A stretch of DNA of 48,647 nucleotides from Verrucomicrobiales bacterium (GTDB lineage Bacteria; Verrucomicrobiota; Verrucomicrobiia; Verrucomicrobiales; DEV007): the NCBI GenBank assembly GCA_047619485.1, contig JBLHKE010000001.1:1-48647 (forward strand), given 5' to 3'. How positions within the stretch are numbered: the first letter of the stretch is position 1; the number at the start of each line of letters is the position of its first letter. Of this stretch, positions 24,547-31,717 are shown in pieces. The notes under the pieces are model-generated. The model searched no databases, was not told where the DNA came from, and saw nothing but the letters and a program-made list of their open reading frames with translations. The position numbers and the translations under genes are program-made.

Positions 24547-25896
24547 TCAGCCTTGTTGCGCCGCTTCGGCGGCCTGCAGCTCCTCTAGGGTGAGGATCTC
24601 AACGCTAGCATTCGACTTTAGGAAATCAAGGGTCTTGGCCATGAGCATCTGGTGATGAATACGCTGGGCACCGCCTTCTTTGTCGAGTTCCTTTGCGACT
24701 TTTTCAAAGGGCATGCCGTTGCTGTCAGCGATCTGTTGCACGTGCGCGCGCAGCTCTTCGTTGTCGACGGTGATCTCTTCCTTCTTAGCGATCGCCTCGA
24801 GGATGAAGGTGTTTCTGACCGTGTTGTGAGCGTCCGTGGTGGCGCTGTTCATGATCTCGTCCTGGTGCTCTGCGATGGCGTCGTCGCCGAGGCCACGCTG
24901 TGCGTTCTGTTTGACGATCTCGTTGATACGTCCCTGCGCCTCGCGCATCACCATGTCCTTCGGCAACTCGAACTCGAGCCCGTGGCTGATCTGGTTGACG
25001 ATCTGCTGGGTGGTGGCGTTCTCGACCTGGTTCTCGCGCTGTTTGAGAAGGTCGGCCTCCATCAATTCGCGGATCTCGTCCATGGTGGTGTCCGGCTTGA
25101 TCTTCTCGGCGAGGTCGTCGTCCATCTCAGGCAACACCTGCTTCTTGAGACCTTTGATTTCGACCGCGTAGGAGATCTCTTTCCCGGCGATCTCCTCATG
25201 CGGGAACTCGGCTGGCATCGTCACGGTGACGTCGCGTTTTTCCTCGAACTTCCCGCCGACTAGGCCGGCGCAGAAGCCAGGGATAAATGTCTCGTCTTCC
25301 ATCTTGAACCATTTGTCCTCGCCGGTCGCAACCTGCGCGGGGGCTTCGGCGGCGATCTCGCCGATTGGCTTGCCATCGACGGTGCCGGTGTAGTCGACCA
25401 CGATGTAGTCATCCATTTCCGCTCCGCGATCTGTGATGTCCTCGTAGTCGGCAAAATTCAGGCGCACCTGTTCGAGACCTTTGTCGACGTCTTCCGGAGT
25501 GACTTCGACCTTCGGGACTTTCACCGATAGGCTACTGTAGTCGGGGAGGTCGAACTCGGGGGTGAGCACGAGTTTGGCGAGGAAGGCGAAGGTGCCGTCG
25601 ACGCCGTATTCCTTGCCCTCGATGTCGGTGACACTGATGATATCGAGCTCTTCCTGTTCGCGCACCTCGCGCAGTGACTCGCCGATAATGCGCTTCTCGA
25701 ACTCCGTGTCGATGTCCTTTTTAAATCGCTGTTCGACGACGGAGTGGGGTACTTTGCCGGGGCGGTAGCCAGGGATCTTCGCCTGTTTGGCGTAGTCTTT
25801 GACCAATTTCAAGCGGCCTTCGGTGACTTTTTCGGCCGGGACGACGACGCGTACCTCGGCGAGGCAATCTGGTTGTTTTTCGAGGGTGATCTGCAT
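24547..25896 (-). CDS. tig: trigger factor
   Basis: 449 aa with a ribosome-binding N-domain (GYRPGKVP), an FKBP-like middle and a C-terminal arm domain. It lies immediately upstream of clpP, as in many bacteria. Confidence 0.93.
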   Translation of the reverse strand: MQITLEKQPDCLAEVRVVVPAEKVTEGRLKLVKDYAKQAKIPGYRPGKVPHSVVEQRFKKDIDTEFEKRIIGESLREVREQEELDIISVTDIEGKEYGVDGTFAFLAKLVLTPEFDLPDYSSLSVKVPKVEVTPEDVDKGLEQVRLNFADYEDITDRGAEMDDYIVVDYTGTVDGKPIGEIAAEAPAQVATGEDKWFKMEDETFIPGFCAGLVGGKFEEKRDVTVTMPAEFPHEEIAGKEISYAVEIKGLKKQVLPEMDDDLAEKIKPDTTMDEIRELMEADLLKQRENQVENATTQQIVNQISHGLEFELPKDMVMREAQGRINEIVKQNAQRGLGDDAIAEHQDEIMNSATTDAHNTVRNTFILEAIAKKEEITVDNEELRAHVQQIADSNGMPFEKVAKELDKEGGAQRIHHQMLMAKTLDFLKSNASVEILTLEELQAAEAAQQG

Positions 25897-26205
25897 GGGA
25901 AAAATGGGTCTGGGTTCGCTGTTTTTGCCTTGGTTTGTGGAGGAAATCCCCAGCTCTGGGGGCGTGCAAACTAGGGTCAGTTACGGGCTTTGACAACGGA
26001 AAGTCTGAGGGGGCGAAAATTGCCGAAAACCACGCTAAAAACTGCCTCTAGGAGCACAAGATCGACCTTGTCAGTTGAAGACCGAGCCACCTAGCTCCAA
26101 CCCCCAAAAGCAAAATGACTCCCCACCGACTCCTGTCAGATATTTGCAAAGGGACAGACCCCCTGCTTGACAATTGGCTATGAGGTGTTCTGGTATTGGC
26201 AGATT

Positions 26206-27270
26206 ATGAGAAAAACTAGGCAGTTTGTTCTGGGGGAACCTGACGGGAAGAGCCGGTTTGTGCACGTGGTCACGCGGACGGCGGGGCAGGAGATTCTGTT
26301 CGGGCACATGGAAAAGGAGACGTTTCGGAAGATCTTGTTCAAGCAGTTGAAGTTTTCTGGGTTACGTGCGCTGGCCTGGTGCTTTATGGGCAATCACTTG
26401 CACTTGTTGTTGGAGCTCCCTGATAAAGTGGTTTCGTTGGAGGGGTGGACAGATGACGATGTGCTGGCGAAGCTCCAGGTCTTCTCTGATGAGTTCTCGA
26501 CGCGCATGTTGTTGGGGGAGGTTGAGATGTTCCGTAGGAATGGTCACAAGGATGGTGTCGCAGAGATCGCGGAGCAGGTGCGGCGGCGGTTGTTCGACTT
26601 GTCGTTGTTCATGAAGGAGCTCAAGCAGCGCATGACCATCGCATTTAACTTCAAGCACGAGCGGCGCGGCACGCTGTGGGAGGGGCGTTTCAAGTGTTCG
26701 CTGGTCGAGCCGTCGGCGGAGGCGTTGCGGGCGGTGGCGGCCTACATCGACCTCAATCCAGTGCGGGCGGGTCTGGTCGAACGGCCTGAGGACTACCGGT
26801 GGTGTTCATATGCGGCGGCGGTTGGCGGGATGCGGTTGGCGCGCTCGGGGTTGGTGTCGGCGATCGACTTTGGGCGCAGGTCGAGTTGGGCGAAGGCGCG
26901 CGATGTCTATCGCGAGTATCTATTCGGTGTTGGCATGGAGGTGACGGGGACGCGCTCGGCGCAAAAGGCGGCACAAGCCCAAGGCAAAGTGAAGCCGAAA
27001 GGTGGGTTCACACAGCGCGAGATCGAGGCTGTGTGGGCGGCGGGCGGCAAGCTATCGATGGCGGAGGCGTTGCGCTGCCGGATCCGCTATTTCACCGATG
27101 GCGTCGTGCTCGGCAGCCGGGAGTTCGTCGACCAGTTTTTTGAATCTCGGAAAGAGCAGTTTGGTGCGGCTCGGAAAAGTGGCAGCCGGCGGATGAAGGG
27201 GGCGCAGTGGGGCAATCTGCGAACGCTGCGGGATCTGAAAGACGATTTCCTGATGGGACAGTCGTCTTAG
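26206..27270 (+). CDS. long-form IS200/RayT-like Y1 (HUH) transposase family protein
   Basis: Trimmed to ATG 26206. It carries the HUH motif in FMGNHLHLLL and the catalytic Tyr region AAYIDLNPVRAGLVERPEDYRWCSY, plus an extra C-terminal domain of about 170 aa. No terminal IS structures are visible. Confidence 0.75.
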   Translation: MRKTRQFVLGEPDGKSRFVHVVTRTAGQEILFGHMEKETFRKILFKQLKFSGLRALAWCFMGNHLHLLLELPDKVVSLEGWTDDDVLAKLQVFSDEFSTRMLLGEVEMFRRNGHKDGVAEIAEQVRRRLFDLSLFMKELKQRMTIAFNFKHERRGTLWEGRFKCSLVEPSAEALRAVAAYIDLNPVRAGLVERPEDYRWCSYAAAVGGMRLARSGLVSAIDFGRRSSWAKARDVYREYLFGVGMEVTGTRSAQKAAQAQGKVKPKGGFTQREIEAVWAAGGKLSMAEALRCRIRYFTDGVVLGSREFVDQFFESRKEQFGAARKSGSRRMKGAQWGNLRTLRDLKDDFLMGQSS

Positions 27271-27310
27271 GAACGGGTCGGGAGGGCAGTTAGGATGGCT
27301 GGCTAAGCCC

Positions 27311-29011
27311 TTACTCGGTTTCGCGCAGCTTGAAGGCTGAGAAGAATTTCTGCTCGGCCTCGAGGGTGCCGATCAGGACGAGTTTCGCTTCGGCTGCGAG
27401 GACCAGGGCGGGGGCCGGGTTGATGGCGCGTTCGCCACCGATTTCCACGGCGATGATCGAGCAACCGGTGCGCGAGCGCACGGCTGATTCGGCGACCGAT
27501 TTGCCGATGAGCGCACGGGGGACAGCGGTGGTGAAAATGTTGACGCCTTCGGCCAGTAGCACGGTGTCGCTGCTACGCAGTTCGTTGAACACGGTATTGG
27601 CGCCCATCGACGCGTAAGAGAGGGTCAGATCGGCACCGGCGCGGTGCATGCGGGCGGCATACTTGTCTTGGGTGCAGCGGCTGATGATCTGTACGTCGTT
27701 GCGCAGGCGGCGGTAGAAAATCGTGAGGAAGACGTTGAGGTCATCGTCATGGGTGGTGACGATCACCGTTGCGGCATCGCGCAGCCCGGCTTTCACCAGG
27801 ACATCGAAATCCGAGGCGTCACCGATGATGGTATTGGTGTGGTCACGGACGCGGTCGGATTCCTTCTCGAGAATCGTCCATTCGACGCTGGCCTCAGTGA
27901 GTTGCTCGGCGGTCGCTCGCCCGACTCGGCCGCCGCCGATGATGAGGATCTTGTTCTCCTCCTGACGGTGCTGGCCGAAGATTTCGTTGTAGCGCTCAAT
28001 CTGCGCCTTGGTGCCGGCGAGCACGAGGACGCTGTGGCTGCCGATCTCCGCGCCTGGCTCGGCTGGCTTGAAACTCCCCCGCACCCACAGTCCGACGATC
28101 GTGACGCCGGTCTCGGCGCGCACCTGACACTCGGCGATCGTTTTGCCAACGAGTGGGGTTTTGGCGGGATTCGCCTCGGCGATGATGAGGTCGTCGAGTT
28201 CGCCGATGACGTGTGCCGCGGCGTCGTTGCCGATGACGCGCCGGGCGAGTGACAGCCCCATCATCTTCTCCAGCCGCATCACCTTGGTGGCGCCCGCGAG
28301 GTCGAGGACATCGCGCACCTGGTCGGAGGTGGCGGAGGCGACGATTGGCAGGCTATCAGAGAGTTCGCGCACCGTGAAGGTGACGTTGGTGTTGGTGACG
28401 TCGTCGAGCGTGGTGACGACCATGGCGGCAGTTTCGATCGAGCAGCGCCGGTAGCTTTCCGGGTCACTGCGGTCGCCGACGACTACCGGCACGCCACTGC
28501 TGCGCAGCTTGAGTGCCTCCTCCACCGTTGGGACGAGAACAAAGTAAGGGTAGCCGAAGTCGTCGAGCATGCGGCTGAGCATTTTTGTGACTGGGCCTAA
28601 GCGGGTGAAGATGACGTGGCGCCGCGTCCCGGGTGGGACGGACTGGGGGGCCTTCGCATTTTCCTGCGCCTTGATCCACGGTGCGTAGAAGAACTCGATG
28701 AAGGTGAACGGCAACAGTACCAGCAGGAAGATCACCCCGGTGACCAGCACGATGATCGAGAAGATACGCCCGGCATCGGAGTCGAAGGTGATGTCGCCGA
28801 AGCCGAGCGTCGACATCACGGTGAGCGTCCAGTAGAAGCCGGTCGCCCAGCTGTGTTCCTTGCCCTCGCTCTCCATGATCCAGTGGAACGTGACACTAAA
28901 TGCCACCACCAGCACGATGAGGATGCCGACGAGCTTGGCCAGCGCCTTGAAGTTGTATCCGCTGCTATCGGAATCCCGGAAGGCAGTGATGACAGACGTG
29001 ATGGCTTTCAT
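27311..29011 (-). CDS. potassium channel with two RCK (TrkA-N/TrkA-C) modules
   Basis: Two TM segments and a pore with selectivity filter TLGFGD are followed by two Rossmann-type RCK units (HVIFTRLGPV..., ILIIGGGRVGRATA...). Confidence 0.9.
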   Translation of the reverse strand: MKAITSVITAFRDSDSSGYNFKALAKLVGILIVLVVAFSVTFHWIMESEGKEHSWATGFYWTLTVMSTLGFGDITFDSDAGRIFSIIVLVTGVIFLLVLLPFTFIEFFYAPWIKAQENAKAPQSVPPGTRRHVIFTRLGPVTKMLSRMLDDFGYPYFVLVPTVEEALKLRSSGVPVVVGDRSDPESYRRCSIETAAMVVTTLDDVTNTNVTFTVRELSDSLPIVASATSDQVRDVLDLAGATKVMRLEKMMGLSLARRVIGNDAAAHVIGELDDLIIAEANPAKTPLVGKTIAECQVRAETGVTIVGLWVRGSFKPAEPGAEIGSHSVLVLAGTKAQIERYNEIFGQHRQEENKILIIGGGRVGRATAEQLTEASVEWTILEKESDRVRDHTNTIIGDASDFDVLVKAGLRDAATVIVTTHDDDLNVFLTIFYRRLRNDVQIISRCTQDKYAARMHRAGADLTLSYASMGANTVFNELRSSDTVLLAEGVNIFTTAVPRALIGKSVAESAVRSRTGCSIIAVEIGGERAINPAPALVLAAEAKLVLIGTLEAEQKFFSAFKLRETE

Positions 29012-29199
29012 TTTGGGTAGTGGTCAGGGTTGTCTGGAAGGCAGCGTGTGGTCAAAAGAAATCGGCTGGGAACGTGAGGACTGGAAGCGGGCGGCGGAGG
29101 TTGATGGGTCGCTTGGAGGCGCGGGTGAATCCGCTACGGTCGGTGCCCTACGGATTTTCGCCACCGAGAGATTCTCGTCACTCCCAGCGGCATCGATTG

Positions 29200-29583
29200 C
29201 TAACGTGTCGCCAACCACTCGTTCGCGAGCACTGCGGCGATGAGGGCCACGAAAACGACCGCGATGACCCAGATGACGGCGGTGAACCATTTTCCCCGGG
29301 CTGGCTGATCGAGGCGATTCTCGGGGCAATCCCCAGAAAAGTCCCAGGGCAACTCGCCGATCAACCCCTGAGCCTTTGTCATCTGGTCGCTGGGAACGAG
29401 AATCGACCAGAGGGTGCCCGGGCAATCGGCGCAGTCCCCGCTGATCGGGTGGCGCTGGCCGGTGACATCAACTGCCTTGAGCTCATGGGGAATCCGTGCT
29501 TCCTCCAAGGTCAAGTCCACCGCATCGAAGAGGTATCGTACTCCGGTCTTGAGGAGGAGTTGGAACTTACTCGGCTCAGTCAT
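29200..29583 (-). CDS. DUF2007-like (putative signal-transducing) protein with C-terminal TM anchor
   Basis: The N-terminal fold resembles the gene at 29703-30020 (DAVDLTLEEARIP). It has a CxxC segment and a C-terminal TM (WFTAVIWVIAVVFVALIAAVL). Confidence 0.6.
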   Translation of the reverse strand: MTEPSKFQLLLKTGVRYLFDAVDLTLEEARIPHELKAVDVTGQRHPISGDCADCPGTLWSILVPSDQMTKAQGLIGELPWDFSGDCPENRLDQPARGKWFTAVIWVIAVVFVALIAAVLANEWLATR

Positions 29584-29702
29584 TGGCTAGAGATGTTTCA
29601 GTTTTTGGTAGGGCTCGCAGGCGCGGACGAAATCCTTGTCGCCGTCCCCTTCGCTCGATACCGGAAACTATACCCACATAGCGTCGTAGACGTTGAGGGA
29701 AA

Positions 29703-30020
29703 TCATGCTGTCGGGCGCATCGTCTGGCACTGCCAACACTGGCCGAAGGATCCCGGGACTTGTTCGGTGCAGTTGGGGCACTGCCACGCAGCCTCACTGG
29801 GGATTTCTTTGTTGTGATATGGCTCGAGGAGTTCCATCGCGCGATCGTACTGGTCGTCGTTGTTGACCCAGAGTTCCGGAAAAACTTCGGTGAACGGAAT
29901 CTCGCCAGAGCCGCTGGAGGCACCGAGGTTTTTGATCGAGGTGGCGATGCCGGCGTCCTCGAGGATCGATTGGTAGTGGCCAACCCGGGCGAATTCAATA
30001 TGTTCAAAAATTTTGCGCAT
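29703..30020 (-). CDS. DUF2007-like protein with C-terminal zinc ribbon
   Basis: ARVGHYQSILEDAGIATSIKN ... LWVNNDDQYDRAMELL fits DUF2007. The C-terminus CPNCTEQVPGSFGQCWQC forms a zinc ribbon. Confidence 0.65.
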   Translation of the reverse strand: MRKIFEHIEFARVGHYQSILEDAGIATSIKNLGASSGSGEIPFTEVFPELWVNNDDQYDRAMELLEPYHNKEIPSEAAWQCPNCTEQVPGSFGQCWQCQTMRPTA

Positions 30021-30216
30021 GCTGTGTTATTCTCCTTCTGTTCATGCTGATGGCGGTGGTTGACGAAGTCAAACAGGACAGGCCAATGCCTTGTTGATCG
30101 GCGCCTCTGCTCTGTCGGCGTTGCCATCGTTTGCCGGTTTGCCAGCTACGGCAACTGCCCGACGCGCAGGCAGTTTTCGATGACGGAGCACACTTTGAAT
30201 CGTAGTCCCCCGATCG

Positions 30217-31674
30217 CTACGCGATGATCTCGCTGATCGGATCGGCACCCTCGACACCGACCAGTTTCTGGTCGAGGCCGTTGTAGAAATATGAGAGAGC
30301 GTTCGGGTCGAGTCCCATCTGGTTGAGGATAGTAGCGTGCAGGTTGCGCACGTGGAGGCGGTTGGTGACGGCCTGACCGCCGAGCTCGTCGGTCTCGCCG
30401 TAGCTAGTACCGCCTTTGATGCCGCCGCCGGCCATCCACATCGTGAACCCGTAAGCGTTGTGGTCGCGGCCGGTGCCCTTGGCGTACTCGGCGGTCGGCT
30501 GGCGGCCGAATTCGCCGCCCCAGACGACCAGCGTCTCGTCTAGTAGGCCGCGCTGTTTCAGGTCTTTTAGCAAGCCGGCGATCGGCTTGTCGGTGCGGCC
30601 GGCGTGGTGGTTGTGGTTCCTCTCGAGGTCGCCGTGCGCATCCCAGTTGTCATCGTTATGGGCGCCGCCGGAGTAGACCTGGATGAAGCGCACGCCGCGT
30701 TCGACCAGGCGCCGCGACAGGATCATCTTGCGGGCGAAATCTTCGGTGCGCTTCTCGTTGAGACCGTAGAGATCCTTGATGTGCTCCGGCTCGGAATCGA
30801 CGTCGATCGCCTCCGGCGCGGTCGCCTGCATCTTGTAGGCGAGTTCGTAGCTGGCGATGCGCGCGCTCAGGTTGGTGTTGTCTAAGCGCGTGTTGTGGTG
30901 GCCGTGATTGAGGTGGTTGAGCGAGTCGATGATCGTGCGCTGCTCTGCCGGGGGCATGCCGCCACTGTGTTTGAGGTTCAAAATCGGGTCGCCCTTGGAA
31001 CGGAACACCGTGCCTTGGTAGCTGGCCGGCATGTAGCCGCTGGTCCAGTTCTTCGCGCCGCTGATCGGTCCGCCGGTCGAATCTAACATCACTACATAAC
31101 CGGGCAGGTTCTCGTTGGCAGAACCGAGCCCGTAGTTTGCCCACGAGCCGAGCGAGGGTTTGCCGCTGATGAGCGAGCCGGAGTTCATCATCAGCATCGC
31201 CGAGCCATGGATCGGCGAGTCGGCGGTCATCGAGTGGATGAATGAGATATCATCGACGCAGCTGCCGACGTTGGGGAATAGGTCGGAGACGTATTTCCCG
31301 CACTGGCCGTACTGTTTGAATTTCCACTTTGGTCCGACGACCCGACCGGTATTCTTGTGGCCACCGCGCCCGAAGGTTTTGATCTCGATCGATTTGCCAT
31401 CGAGCGGGTAGAGCTTCGGCTTGTAGTCAAAGGTGTCCATATGGCTCGGTCCGCCATACATGAAGAGGAAGATCACGCTCTTGGCATTGCCGGGCAAGGT
31501 GGGGGGTTTGGGCGCCAGCGGGTTGAGCGAGGCGGTCGCCGCGTTGGCGGAGTTGAAGTAGCCTTGGCTGCCGAGCATGCCGGCGAGAGCGGTGGCGGTG
31601 AAGCCGCCGCCGACCTGGCCGAGGAATTCGCGTCGGGTGTTGCCGCAGAAGGTGTTTTTTGGTCTGGTAATCAT
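30217..31674 (-). CDS. DUF1501 domain protein (sulfatase-like, Tat signal)
   Basis: A twin-arginine-like RREFLGQVGGGFTATALAG precedes the DUF1501 pattern (FLFMYGGPSHMDTFDYKP ... VVWGGEFGRQP ... GRDHN). Confidence 0.88.
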   Translation of the reverse strand: MITRPKNTFCGNTRREFLGQVGGGFTATALAGMLGSQGYFNSANAATASLNPLAPKPPTLPGNAKSVIFLFMYGGPSHMDTFDYKPKLYPLDGKSIEIKTFGRGGHKNTGRVVGPKWKFKQYGQCGKYVSDLFPNVGSCVDDISFIHSMTADSPIHGSAMLMMNSGSLISGKPSLGSWANYGLGSANENLPGYVVMLDSTGGPISGAKNWTSGYMPASYQGTVFRSKGDPILNLKHSGGMPPAEQRTIIDSLNHLNHGHHNTRLDNTNLSARIASYELAYKMQATAPEAIDVDSEPEHIKDLYGLNEKRTEDFARKMILSRRLVERGVRFIQVYSGGAHNDDNWDAHGDLERNHNHHAGRTDKPIAGLLKDLKQRGLLDETLVVWGGEFGRQPTAEYAKGTGRDHNAYGFTMWMAGGGIKGGTSYGETDELGGQAVTNRLHVRNLHATILNQMGLDPNALSYFYNGLDQKLVGVEGADPISEIIA

Positions 31675-31681
31675 GAGATTT

Positions 31682-31715
31682 GGAGGTTTCGGGCAGACTG
31701 GGGTGTCCGCCTTCC
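31682..31715 (-). repeat. stop-proximal two-tier hairpin repeat (c3)
   Basis: In the minus sense, GGAAGG CGGACA CCCCA GTCTG CCCGAAA CCTCC begins 2 nt after the TAG at 31718-31720. It ends 7 nt before the DUF1501 ATG at 31674. Confidence 0.55.
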
Positions 31716-31717
31716 GG

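Noticed and set aside
29040-29170. Fragments in the K+ channel upstream region resemble the c-di-AMP (ydaO/kimA) riboswitch, for example GCGGGUGAAUCC and AAUCGGCU.
   Set aside because: They lie on the plus strand, antisense to the channel mRNA. The other conserved ydaO blocks (GGGGACCCA, CCGAACCCG..CUAACCUCGUAAGCG) are absent, and no plus-strand gene lies downstream.
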